Position numbers and translations under genes: made by a program. This document shows, piece by piece, positions 33,536 through 42,948 of a stretch of DNA of 64,000 bases. Positions within the stretch are counted from its first letter, which is position 1, and each line of letters begins with the position of its first letter. Under the pieces are notes generated by a model. That model was not told where the DNA came from. It ran no database searches and saw only the letters and a program-made list of their open reading frames with translations. This stretch comes from an uncultured Armatimonadia bacterium (GTDB taxonomy: Bacteria; Armatimonadota; Zipacnadia; CAVVLO01), in assembly GCA_963749155.1 (NCBI GenBank), contig CAVVLO010000003.1:256001-320000 (forward strand), given 5' to 3'.

Positions 33536-35056
33536 TTGCCTTGTCTCCAAATCGAATCAGAAGCCGAGGATGCCCAGGATCGCTTCCTTCTCACGCTGGC
33601 CTTTCGTCTTGCCGGCACGATGTATTACGAAGCCCAGTGCAAGGCAGGCGAGCAGGTGTTCTTCAACCGCGAACCTGCCAACAAGTATGATGAACGCGCT
33701 ATTGGTATCCAGAACGAAGATTTCCAAAAAGCTGGCTATGTACCACGCGAGGAAGCTTACTGGCTGGCGCCCCTGCTCGATGCAGGCCAGATAAGGCTCA
33801 CAGGGCGTATCGCTTTGCCCGAGACCCCACCCAATCCTGATTCAGAACTCGAGATCAGCCTCTATCTCACCCCAAAGGGCGAAGTCCTGCTTGACCCCTT
33901 CCCCACCCCCGCGACAGAAGAAGAAGCCTTGCACAACCTGCTGCTTGAGGCCTGGAAGCAGAGCGAGGAGGCTGGTCTGCCCAAAGTCGCAAAACGGCTT
34001 GCAAGCCGGCTTAAGTCTCTCCTCAATCGCGATAGCCTGCCCCAGTCGCAGCTTGCTCTCCAACTGATTGCGCAGTCGGGCCTGGCAGCAGCGCGCAAGC
34101 GGGCCGAAGCTAGCGCCCTCATCACCACCGAGTGGCTGCGCGAACTGGAAACAGGCCAGCCTGTCAGCGCGCACGGGCTTTCGCTCTTCCCGTTATTTGC
34201 AAAACATCAGGTAGGCCAGGACTATCTGCTGCTCGAGCAGGCACTCGAACTCGGCGCGCTAGAGCTAGGTGAGGTCTCCGAATCCGGTTCGGTGCCTGAG
34301 CTTATGGTTGTGAACAAGGGCGACCTGGCCGTGCTGCTGCCCGAGGGGCAAGTGGTGATGGGCGGCAAGCAAAACCGCGTCATCAATCTTTCAGTTATCG
34401 TAGAAGCCCACACCGAATACAGGCTGCCTGTAAGCTGCGTTGAACAGGGGCGCTGGTCCTCGGCGAAGGAAGCCTTCCGGGCAGCCAGCTTCGCGCCAAC
34501 CGAGTTGAGAGCGCGCAAGACGGCTTCTGCCAATCAGAATCTTCGCGAACGCGGTGTTGCGGAAAGCGACCAGGGGCAAGTCTGGGCTGATGTCCACGCC
34601 TGCCTTGCCGCCTCTGATATCGCCTCTCCAACAGGCGACCTGTCCGCCAGTTTTGGGCGTCGCACAAGCTCGATTAGCGAGCTGTACGAGCAGCTTCCTC
34701 TTGCCGAAGGGGCCGTTGGGTTTTTCTTTGCGCAGGGCGATAATCTGCTTGGAGGCGAAGTGTTCGACAATCCCAAGACCTTGAGGACACTCTGGCCCCG
34801 CCTTTGTGAAACCTATTTCGTCCGCGCTTTGCTTGCCTCCGAGATCGAAGGTGAAACCAGCTCCGAGACCGTCAGCGCCTTTCTGGCCTTGCTCTCGGAT
34901 GGAGTAACCGCGCCCCGGCCAGGCGAAGATACCTTCGACCGGCCAGAGCTTGCACTTGCTGGTTTCATTGGCTCCGCGCTTGTCTGGCGTGGCGCTGTCA
35001 GGCAGCTCACAGTGCTTGAACTTACCGAGACTTTCGGCTTTCCTTTCGAACGCTGA
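33536..35056 (+). CDS. HIRAN domain fused to ARPP-1 (DUF6569-like) domain
   Basis: N-terminal LAGTMYY...REPANKYDERAI...GYVPR (HIRAN); C-terminal EVSESGSVPEL.V.N...GGKQNR...PVSCVEQGRW...QGQVW (ARPP-1). Confidence 0.8.
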   Translation: MPCLQIESEAEDAQDRFLLTLAFRLAGTMYYEAQCKAGEQVFFNREPANKYDERAIGIQNEDFQKAGYVPREEAYWLAPLLDAGQIRLTGRIALPETPPNPDSELEISLYLTPKGEVLLDPFPTPATEEEALHNLLLEAWKQSEEAGLPKVAKRLASRLKSLLNRDSLPQSQLALQLIAQSGLAAARKRAEASALITTEWLRELETGQPVSAHGLSLFPLFAKHQVGQDYLLLEQALELGALELGEVSESGSVPELMVVNKGDLAVLLPEGQVVMGGKQNRVINLSVIVEAHTEYRLPVSCVEQGRWSSAKEAFRAASFAPTELRARKTASANQNLRERGVAESDQGQVWADVHACLAASDIASPTGDLSASFGRRTSSISELYEQLPLAEGAVGFFFAQGDNLLGGEVFDNPKTLRTLWPRLCETYFVRALLASEIEGETSSETVSAFLALLSDGVTAPRPGEDTFDRPELALAGFIGSALVWRGAVRQLTVLELTETFGFPFER

Positions 35057-35147
35057 GCTGCCGCTTTTCATTAATAACTACGAGGACGTGGCAAATTGTG
35101 GTGATTTCGTGATATGCTACCCTCAGGTACGCTGAGGAGGCTCCTGC

Positions 35148-36635
35148 GTGCAATCGAGTGTAGCTGACACAACCAGAGCAGAGCCAGGTGCACTTCCTTT
35201 GCGCTGGTTCGCTTTTATTGCCTGGCTTCTCTGCGTGAGCGTTTTAGCCTGGCGCCATGAGCCTTGGGCCGATGAAGCCCAGGCCTGGCTGATTGCCAAA
35301 GATAGTTCGGTCCTGAATCTCTTCCTCAACCAGCTACGCTACGAAAGCACCCCTGGCCTGTGGCATCTGCTGCTTATGCCTTTCGCCAAGCTGGGAGCGC
35401 CTTATTGGACGATGGCAGCGCTGTCAATCGCCTCGGTTGCCTTTGGGGTATGGCTACTGCTCTTCAAGACCAGGCTTCCCCTCCCCCTGGCAATGATATT
35501 GCCCTTCACTTTCTGGTTCTTCTATTACTATCCAGTTGTGGCGCGCAATTACTGTTTGCTGCTTCCACTTGGCTTGCTCATCGCTCTGGCGTATCCCAGT
35601 CGTTTCACCCATCCCTGGCGCTGGTTCCTCGTCCTGGCGCTCTTCGCCAATGTCTCCTTCCATGCGCTGCTTATTGCCACCGGGATTGTGCTGGGAGAGC
35701 TCCTGGTTACGCTTCCCTCTGAAGCACCAGGGGTAGCCAGTTATAAGCGCGCGCGCCTGACACTCGCGTTCTGTTGGCTGGTGCTGCTGATTGGGGTTGG
35801 GTATGCGCTGAAGCCTGCGTCCGATTACGTAATGCTTGCGCAGGCTGGAATCCGACCGCTCAAGGCGCTTGATGCTCTGCTTGGAGCCTTTGCTTACGAC
35901 AGTCTCGATGGTCCCTGGGCGCCCATCTCTATTTTTACCGGTTTTCTGTCGCTCTTTACTCTGGCGGGCTTGTTACGATTTTTCGCCAAAAGAGGGGTGC
36001 TCAGGTTTGCCCTCTTCAGCACGCTGCCGGTGTTGCTCTATTTTTGCATCTATCCCTTGAAATTCTGGCATAGTGGCATCCTTGTCTGTTGGCTTGTTGC
36101 GCTGGCGGTAAGGGCAGCCCACAACGCTCCTGCCTGTGCCAGGCCAAAAATGAGCTTCGTCACCAGGGGCCTTGTGGCGCTGTGTCTGACTTTCCAATTA
36201 GGGTGGGCGCTTGCATCCAGCGCTTACGACCTGAACAATTCCTACTGGCCCTCCAAGGACGGTCTCCAACATATTGAGGCCCATCTGCAGGCAGGCGAGA
36301 CCCTGGATTCGGTGGGCTGGTCGGTTATCTCGGTGCTGCCTTTCCTCGAAGAGAACCCCTTCCTCGCAATGAAGGAAAGCCAGTCTTATGATTACTGGCG
36401 CTGGTCCAGAGCTAATCCGCTGCTGAACTACACTCTGGAGCAGGCTGCCCAGCGCGGCGCCGATTGTATTATGTTTCAACTGGAATACGATCGCCTGCAT
36501 CCAGCCAATAATGTCCTGCCCAAAGCTCCGGCGGGCTATCAACTGACTGAGGTGGTCTCAGGCTTTATGATGTTCAAGCATAAACTCATTGGCGGCGCCT
36601 GGTACGCTTTCTACTGCAAAGTAGACCCTCGCTAG
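35148..36635 (+). CDS. Polytopic membrane GT-C-fold glycosyltransferase-like protein
   Basis: HEPWADEAQAWLIA acidic first loop, YESTPGLW, YYYPVVARNY; about 11 hydrophobic segments. Confidence 0.7.
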   Translation: MQSSVADTTRAEPGALPLRWFAFIAWLLCVSVLAWRHEPWADEAQAWLIAKDSSVLNLFLNQLRYESTPGLWHLLLMPFAKLGAPYWTMAALSIASVAFGVWLLLFKTRLPLPLAMILPFTFWFFYYYPVVARNYCLLLPLGLLIALAYPSRFTHPWRWFLVLALFANVSFHALLIATGIVLGELLVTLPSEAPGVASYKRARLTLAFCWLVLLIGVGYALKPASDYVMLAQAGIRPLKALDALLGAFAYDSLDGPWAPISIFTGFLSLFTLAGLLRFFAKRGVLRFALFSTLPVLLYFCIYPLKFWHSGILVCWLVALAVRAAHNAPACARPKMSFVTRGLVALCLTFQLGWALASSAYDLNNSYWPSKDGLQHIEAHLQAGETLDSVGWSVISVLPFLEENPFLAMKESQSYDYWRWSRANPLLNYTLEQAAQRGADCIMFQLEYDRLHPANNVLPKAPAGYQLTEVVSGFMMFKHKLIGGAWYAFYCKVDPR

Positions 36636-37705
36636 AGCGGTTTGCTCGTAATCAGCCCTATCCCGCGGCCCTTGTCGCCGACTGCGTTGTAGAAGAGATA
36701 GAAAGTCTCGTTCTTCGGATTCCACACGATTGAAGTTTTGTGCGCGTATTGGCGGTCGAGGCCGCTCGGGTTGCCGCCCGCCAGGTACAGTGGCTCGGGG
36801 TCTTTGGTCCAGTGGTAGAGGTCGCGGCTGAAGGCCACCATAATATGCGCCCCGCCCTTCCCCACGCCGAAGTAGAACATAACATAGTGGTCGCCATCTC
36901 GGTAGACCTTCGGGTCGGAGCAGAACGCCTCGTCGTAGCCACCCGGCGTGTTGCGCACGATGGGGTTGGCCGTGTACCGCCGCCAGCTCAAGAGGTCGTG
37001 ACTGGTCGCAAGGCCCGTCTGCTCGATACCGCCGTTGGCCGCGTTGTAGAAGTTGAAGTAGCGCCCGTTCGCCTCAACGAGCCAGGGCTGATAGATGCAG
37101 CTCTGCTCCCACTCGCCGCAGGTGACATCATAGACCGAGAGGATAGGCTCCTCCTGCGCGCGCCGCCAGGTGAGGCCATCCTCGCTTAGGGCGACGCCCT
37201 CATAGCCAGGCCGCAGCTCGTAGCCGCCCTGCAAGGGATAGGCGCCGTAGAGAGTCCAAAAGTGACCGTCCAGCCGCTTCAGCACGCGCGGCGCGGCTAG
37301 GTCGTAGCTCTCGTAGAGATAGGCTCCGAGCACGCGTCCGCCGTGGTCGAAGCTCCCCTCAGGCCCGAATCCGAAGGCCAGGCGATAGTTGCTCCAGTGG
37401 ACGAGATCGTCCGACTCCGCGACGAAGGACTGATACCCGCGCCCATCGAAGCCGATGAAACTCATATACCACTTCTCATCGCCCGGAAGCTGGAAGACGG
37501 TCGGGCAGTCGGTCATATGCAACTCAGGGAAGCCGGGGATGTTCGGCTCCGAGCTGATGACATGGTCAGGCCAGTAGTGCCACCCTCGCAGCTCTGCCGA
37601 CCACCCTTTCACAGTCGCCTCGTCGATTGAGCCCTCATCGCCCGAGCACGCAGCGGTTAGAAGGACGACGGTAACAAGACACAGCAAGACGAAAATCATC
37701 TTCAT
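36632..37705 (-). CDS. Lipoprotein, five-bladed beta-propeller glycosidase (GH32/43/130-like)
   Basis: Lipobox LTAAC; repeated ESDDLVHW, SEDGLTW, SHDLLSW, SRDLYHW; TDCP and SDPK motifs. Confidence 0.75.
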   Translation of the reverse strand: MKMIFVLLCLVTVVLLTAACSGDEGSIDEATVKGWSAELRGWHYWPDHVISSEPNIPGFPELHMTDCPTVFQLPGDEKWYMSFIGFDGRGYQSFVAESDDLVHWSNYRLAFGFGPEGSFDHGGRVLGAYLYESYDLAAPRVLKRLDGHFWTLYGAYPLQGGYELRPGYEGVALSEDGLTWRRAQEEPILSVYDVTCGEWEQSCIYQPWLVEANGRYFNFYNAANGGIEQTGLATSHDLLSWRRYTANPIVRNTPGGYDEAFCSDPKVYRDGDHYVMFYFGVGKGGAHIMVAFSRDLYHWTKDPEPLYLAGGNPSGLDRQYAHKTSIVWNPKNETFYLFYNAVGDKGRGIGLITSKPL

Positions 37706-37770
37706 CCTGGCTCCAAACGGATACTTATTGATGCGAACTGACACTTGAACGCTCTCCGCGAACGATGACC

Positions 37771-37998
37771 CCAACGTACAGGGGTAGAACCCCTGTACGA
37801 TCGTTCTAGAGTTCGATGGCGCAAAGGCCCTCTGGAATACGATGGCACCAACGTACAGGGGTAGAACCCCTGTACGATCGTTCTAGAGGTTCGATGGCGT
37901 AAAGGCCCTCTGGAATACGATGGCACCAACGTACAGGGGTAGAACCCCTGTACGATCGTTCTAGAGTTCGATGGTGCAAGGGTTCTACCCTTGCACCC
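37771..37998. repeat. Tandem array of about 2.7 x 77-78 bp units, each with a perfect 10-bp hairpin, capped by an oppositely oriented copy (BIME-like)
   Basis: Units start at 37771, 37848 and 37926: ccaa-cgtacagggg-tagaa-cccctgtacg-atcgttctagag...; final ggtgcaaggg-ttcta-cccttgcacc. Confidence 0.9.
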
Positions 37999-38040
37999 TT
38001 GGCCAGAAAGGGTTCACCCTTCTCACGCCCCCTCCTCCAA

Positions 38041-38066
38041 GCAGGAAAGGCACGCCCCAGCAAGAA
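38041..38066 (+). promoter_or_regulatory. GCAGGA-N17-GAA promoter-like motif
   Basis: Exact motif ending 10 nt before ATG 38077. Confidence 0.5.
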
Positions 38067-38076
38067 GGCCCCACCT

Positions 38077-38643
38077 ATGCCCGAACTGGAAGACAAGCCG
38101 CCCGTCAGATGGACGCCCGCCCGCTATAACGCTTGGGCGCTCGATGTGCTGATTCTCGCAGCGGGGCTGCTTGGACTCATCGCGCTGTTCTATCCGAAGT
38201 CGCTCTTCTGGAATACCGAGGGCTGGAAGCAGAGTGGACTGCCGCTCTCAACAATACTGGCTCTCGGCCTTGTGCTCTATCTGCTGGTCTTAGGCACAAT
38301 CGCCACACGGGAGGGAGACTTCCCCAAGTGGCGAGTCCTTGGCGCAGTAACAGTGCTTCTATGTGCCGTCACGGCTGCGGCGACACCGCTCGCCGTCCTG
38401 GGGCTCGTGATGAACCTGCAACCAGACCAATGGGCCGCCTGGCGCAGCTGGTATGGCGATGCCGGGGGCGTGATGTGGGCACGCGTGCTGGCCCTTCCAG
38501 GCCTGCTCTTCGTGTTGGGCCCAGCCCTTACTCTTCATCTGCCTTTGCCGCTCACGCTCTATCTTCTCCTGTTGCTGGCGGCCTTCTGGCTCCTCCCTGC
38601 CCTGACGGAGAGCTACGACAGAGACGACAAAAGCCAGCGTTGA
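38077..38643 (+). CDS. Hypothetical integral membrane protein
   Basis: About 5 hydrophobic helices; first gene of a plus-strand run. Confidence 0.65.
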   Translation: MPELEDKPPVRWTPARYNAWALDVLILAAGLLGLIALFYPKSLFWNTEGWKQSGLPLSTILALGLVLYLLVLGTIATREGDFPKWRVLGAVTVLLCAVTAAATPLAVLGLVMNLQPDQWAAWRSWYGDAGGVMWARVLALPGLLFVLGPALTLHLPLPLTLYLLLLLAAFWLLPALTESYDRDDKSQR

Positions 38644-38666
38644 TTCCTTACTTATAGGTGATCCAA

Positions 38667-39947
38667 ATGACTCCGCTCCGCGTATCGCATAGCAAACGGT
38701 ATCTCGTCCGGGCCTCTGGGGAGCCTTTCCTCTGGCTTGGAGATACCGCCTGGGAGCTTTTCCACCGCTTGAGCCGCGAGGAGGCCGACTTCTACCTCAC
38801 CACGCGCGCCAGGCAACGCTTCACCCTTATCCAGGCGGTGGCTCTGGCGGAGTTCGACGGCCTGCACCTCCCCAACGCCTATGGTGAAGTGCCCCTGGAA
38901 GACGACGACCCCGCGCGCCCGCGCGAGGCCTACTTCCAGCATGTGGACTGGATTGTCCGCCGGGCCAACGAACTCGGCCTGGTAATGGGCTTCCTGCCCA
39001 CCTGGGGCGACAAAGTCGGTCCGAAAGTCTGGGGCGTCGGCCCGGAGGTCTTCAATCCCGAGAACGCGCTTGCTTACGGGCGTTTCCTCGGCGCGCGATA
39101 CAAAGACGCAGATCTCGTGTGGATACTCGGCGGTGACCGCGGCGCTGAGACTCCCGAGCAGCTTGCCATCTGGCGCGCGCTGGCTCAGGGCCTGGCCGAG
39201 GGTGATGGCGGAATCCATCTTATGACCTACCACCCCTGGGGAGGGCGTTCTTCCTCCGAGTATGTCGGCGGCGAGGCCTGGCTTGATATCAATATGCTGC
39301 AGTCCGGCCACGGCGCGCGCGACATCGCCAACTGGGAGATGGTTCAGCGAGATTACAATCTGACCCCGGCCAAACCAACCCTCGACGGCGAGCCGCGTTA
39401 TGAAGATCACGCGGTCAACTGGGACGCGAACAACGGCTACTTCGATGAGGTGGACGTGCGGCAGGGGCTGTACTGGGGGCTGCTCGCGGGCGGTTGCGGC
39501 ATCACCTACGGGTGCCATCCCATCTGGCAGTTTTGGCAGCCGCCGATGGAGCCTGTCACCCAGGCGCGCACGCCCTGGCGGCAGGCGCTGGAACTGCCGG
39601 GAGCGAATCAGATTCGCCATCTGAGGGCTCTCTACGAGTCGCGAGGCTTCTTCAAGCTGGTGCCGGATAACTCCGTCATCGCCGAGGGGCAGGGAGAGGG
39701 CGCCGACCACGTGCAGGCCGCGCGCGACCTCGATGGGCGCTTCCTCTACGCCTATGTCCCGACCGGGAAAGCCCTCTCGGTGCGCACCGAGGTGCTCTCA
39801 GGCACGCGAATCAAGGCGGAATGGTTCGATCCGAGGACCGGCGAGAGAGCCGATATCGGCTCCTGGCCCGCAAGCGACACGCGCGCCTTCGAACCGCCAA
39901 CCTCCGGCCGCGGCTCGGACTGGGTGCTGGTTGTGGAAGGGGCATGA
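38667..39947 (+). CDS. GH140 apiosidase-like (DUF4038) protein with C-terminal putative collagen-binding domain
   Basis: PFLWLGDTAWELFHRL, LPTWGDK, WILGGD, MTYHP, QSGH, KPTLDGEPRYED, WFDPRTG, DWVLV. Confidence 0.9.
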   Translation: MTPLRVSHSKRYLVRASGEPFLWLGDTAWELFHRLSREEADFYLTTRARQRFTLIQAVALAEFDGLHLPNAYGEVPLEDDDPARPREAYFQHVDWIVRRANELGLVMGFLPTWGDKVGPKVWGVGPEVFNPENALAYGRFLGARYKDADLVWILGGDRGAETPEQLAIWRALAQGLAEGDGGIHLMTYHPWGGRSSSEYVGGEAWLDINMLQSGHGARDIANWEMVQRDYNLTPAKPTLDGEPRYEDHAVNWDANNGYFDEVDVRQGLYWGLLAGGCGITYGCHPIWQFWQPPMEPVTQARTPWRQALELPGANQIRHLRALYESRGFFKLVPDNSVIAEGQGEGADHVQAARDLDGRFLYAYVPTGKALSVRTEVLSGTRIKAEWFDPRTGERADIGSWPASDTRAFEPPTSGRGSDWVLVVEGA

Positions 39948-39969
39948 GCCAGCGTGGGAGGAACCAGCG

Positions 39970-40723
39970 ATGGAACAAGCAACCGACTCGAAACCGAATC
40001 CGGCCTTCGAACTGCTAGCCGTTGGCTTAGATGCCCTGGTTCTCTTCGGCACGGTGGCGGTGCTCTACACCCAGGGAGGGCCAGCCCTCCTCCGCACGGT
40101 CGTGCTGATTCTCCTCCTGGCCCCGGCGGTGGGGCAACTGGTGGCCTTCCTCACAACTGGTGGCAAGCGGTTCGACTTGCTACGGATGGGCGTTGGCACC
40201 GCACTTGCCGCGATCGGTCTCTATCTGTGGGAGCCAGAAGGTTGGACCTGGGCTCTGCCCTTGGTCGGGGCCTGCGCGGTCTGGATCGTATCCATCAAGA
40301 GCGCGGCTTCCCAACTTGCCGTGAGGCGCCACGGCCGCAGTGCACCGACAGAAGAGCAGCCGCCCCAACTCTCCTACACTCACCGCACGATTCTTTGGCC
40401 TGACGTCGCCCTGCTCTGTCTGTGGCTCCTACCCCTGGCAGGCACGGTCGTCTGGCTGCTTTGGCCTGCCGGGCGGGAGTATGTTGAGGCTACCAAGGAG
40501 TTCAACTGGCTCTTTTCTGACGGCTCTCGCTTGGGATGTGGTCTTCGTCGCCTTCTGGGGCTGGTCGCTGCTCGATTGCTGGCGGCGGAAGAACCTCTGC
40601 GACAATGCGAGGCTGGTGTGGCTGCTCTTCATCTTCGCGGGCTGGACGATCGGACTGACCTGCTATTATCTCTTCGTGAAACGTCCCGAGCTGGTCGGCC
40701 CAAAGAGTGCCGTCTCTTCGTAG
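39970..40723 (+). CDS. Membrane protein with C-terminal PLDc_N-like hairpin; frameshift near 40525
   Basis: Hydrophobic N-terminal part; second frame gives FWGWSLLDCWRRK...ARLVWLLFIFAGWTIGLTCYYLFVKRP. Confidence 0.6.
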
Positions 40724-40836
40724 GGGCGGGGCTAAGACTCGCCCAGCCAAGCGGCTCCTGTGTTTCGGGAGTCTACGCTCCCGAAACCTTAAACCCGCGG
40801 GGGTACTACCTCCGCCCCCCCCCACTAGTGGCTTCG
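40720..40836. repeat. Cluster of three REP-like hairpins (GTAG-type, family B, family A)
   Basis: gtaggggcggggctaagactcgccc (40720-40744); tgtttcgggagtctacgctcccgaaacc (40761-40788); aaacccgcgggggtactacctccgc...actagtggcttcg (40791-40836). Confidence 0.7.
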
Positions 40837-41455
40837 CCCAGCCTGGCTGCGCGAGGTAGGAGACGATCTTCGACTGTATATACCCCTCCCAGCATCAAGG
40901 ACTATCATCCTCAGCCAGCTCTTCTTCAACTGGACTAGCTCGTTGCACAAGTTTGGATTTATCGGCGCGCGGAGCTACAGGTTGTGGCGTCGGCATATCC
41001 AAAGCCCAACTCCCCGTCTTCGTCTTCCCACACAAGGAGCACTTGGCTTTTCCGCGTTGCGACAGCCCTCTGTCGTAGAGGAATCTGGACACCGTATTAG
41101 CTTGTGGGCGCTGTGTTAGCTTTGCTGTTTCAGTTAGACAGTCATCACAAAGGGGTGCCTGCAACTCTCCGAGGAGTTTCAGCACTCTGTCTGCGGTAGT
41201 TCCCGCGCGAATTTTGGCTTTTACGATTGTCGCAGGCAGATCCTTTATGGAATTCACCAGTAACAACTTCCGGCAGATGCGGCAAATCCCAAGGCCGCGT
41301 TGTATTTGCCCGTCGTCGGATAGCGCACAGCATGCCATACTCGTATGAGAAGGGTACTTCAAGCCTGAAAGGGCAATCAGGCATCTATCGCAGATGGGCT
41401 TCCCTTCGCTACGAAGTGACGCCAGTATTCGCTCTTTCGCTGATTTTTGTGGCAT
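40830..41455 (-). pseudogene. Truncated gene: two tandem CxxC...CxxC wHTH-like repeats, followed after an in-frame TGA by the start of a probable PD-(D/E)XK nuclease domain
   Basis: AAAGGAGG RBS; CDRC...CRIC and CDDC...CSLC repeats; read-through of the TGA at 40895-40897 gives CWEGYIQSKIVSYLAQPGW before running into a REP. Confidence 0.6.
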
Positions 41456-41529
41456 CACTTCCTCCTTTCGAGAACTCACATCCTGCAAGTCCTGGTTCAG
41501 AACCTGCTCAGCCTTCCCTGATCGCAGGC

Positions 41530-41566
41530 AACCCCGCGGGGGTACTACCCCCGCCCCCCGACTAGT
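41530..41566. repeat. Family A REP-like hairpin, same orientation as 40791-40829
   Basis: aaccccgcgggggtactacccccgccccccgactagt; its ACTAG overlaps the stop codon of 41562-42948. Confidence 0.7.
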
Positions 41567-42948
41567 TTACAGAGAGCCAGAGGACCGCGCTGGATTCCCC
41601 AAACGGCGAGGTCAGAGCGCGTTTGGCGCCCCCTTCCACCGTCAGAGGGACGCGTTCGGTCGTCTGCGAGTTGAACCACTCCCCCGAGAGTGTTCCCGAG
41701 GCCGCCAAGAGGTCGAGTTCCAGGTTCGGGCCTTGCTCGAGATAGACGAGGTACTGCTTCCCCTCGACCGCGAGGCACCAGCCACTCGAAGCAAGCTGCG
41801 GCAGAGGCCGCGCCTTCTTCAGGTCAAGCTTCTCGACATACTCGCGCGCGTAGCCAAGGCTTTTGCGGATCGGCTCCCACTGCGGGTCGAAGGGCCTTCC
41901 CAGCACGAGGCCATCGTAAGGGTCCATAAATATGGGATTCAGCCCCGCACAGGCGCTCTTCCACACCCACGGCTCGTTGCCGCCGATGCCCCAGAGATGG
42001 TCAGTATCGTTCAAAATGACTTTCTTCCCGTCCGAGGCAGGCGGCTTGTCGCGGAATCCCCACTGGGCATTGGGCGAGACCCAGTCCGCGGGGCTATCGA
42101 AGAGCTGCTGGTTGGTGCCGCCCTGGAGGGGCGCATCGGCATATTGGAAAGTCATCCCCACCGGATGCTGCTTTGGACGCTTGGCCTCTTCGGCCTTGAT
42201 GAAGTTGATGAGATGGTACTGCCATTCGGTCGAGGAGAGTGGTGTCTCGTTGCTGATCTCCCACAGGAGGTTGTCGAGGTCGCCGACCGTCGCAATTGCC
42301 TTGCGGACATAGGCCTCCTGGATGGCCAGCACCTCGGGCATATCGAGGGTATGCGTCTCGGTGCCCACGCCGTCTCCATCCGGGTCGCCGTTGATGCCGT
42401 TGCTGTTGTTGGCTGATGTTGAAGGGATGACTGACCCATCCGGAGGGGTCCATAGTCGCGCCCCAGCCGCAGAAGAGCATCACCGACACGTAGATGCCCT
42501 CTCGCCCGGCCTCCTTCACCAGCTTGCGCAGACGATTGAAGTATTCCTCATCAAAGCGCGACAGGTCGAACTTCGGCTTCCCGTCGGCGGCCAGGCCAGG
42601 CCCAGTGCGCGGCCAGGGCTGAGAGGAAACCCAAAAAGGCTTTTCGCCCCACGGATGTACATTGGGCATATAACTGGCCTCGAACCGCCACAGTCTGATG
42701 AAGTTGTGGCCATAACCTTTCATCCACTTCAGGTAGGCAGTATGGTCGAAGGGGGGCGGTGGATCCGACGGCCCCATATCCTGCAGGTTGGACCAGGTGT
42801 GGGAGCCTGTCAGATAGACAGGATTGCCTTTGTCGTCCTGGAAGTAGCGCGGATTGTCCGGGCAGACAGTCAGCGGCCCGCGCGCCCGCGCGCCGAAGGC
42901 CAGTGTAGCCAAGACCATACAAAGGGCCAATACTAGCAATCTAGCCAC
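41562..42948 (-). CDS. Secreted DUF4038/DUF6298-like TIM-barrel glycosidase with C-terminal collagen-binding-like domain; frameshift near 42415
   Basis: GPLTVCPDNPRYF, YLTGSHTW, NFIRLW, KFDLSRFDEEYF, WEISNE, ILNDTDHLWG. Confidence 0.7.

Noticed and set aside
37771..37998. CRISPR array
   Set aside because: Inter-hairpin segments are near-identical rather than unique spacers, no cas genes are present, and the hairpin belongs to a dispersed repeat family.
40895..40897. TGA recoding (Trp/Sec)
   Set aside because: TGA is an ordinary stop for many genes here, and the downstream domain is truncated anyway.
40791..41566. Integron cassette with attC sites, or an IS element
   Set aside because: No recognisable RYYYAAC...GTTRRRY attC arrangement, integrase, transposase, terminal inverted repeats or target duplication.
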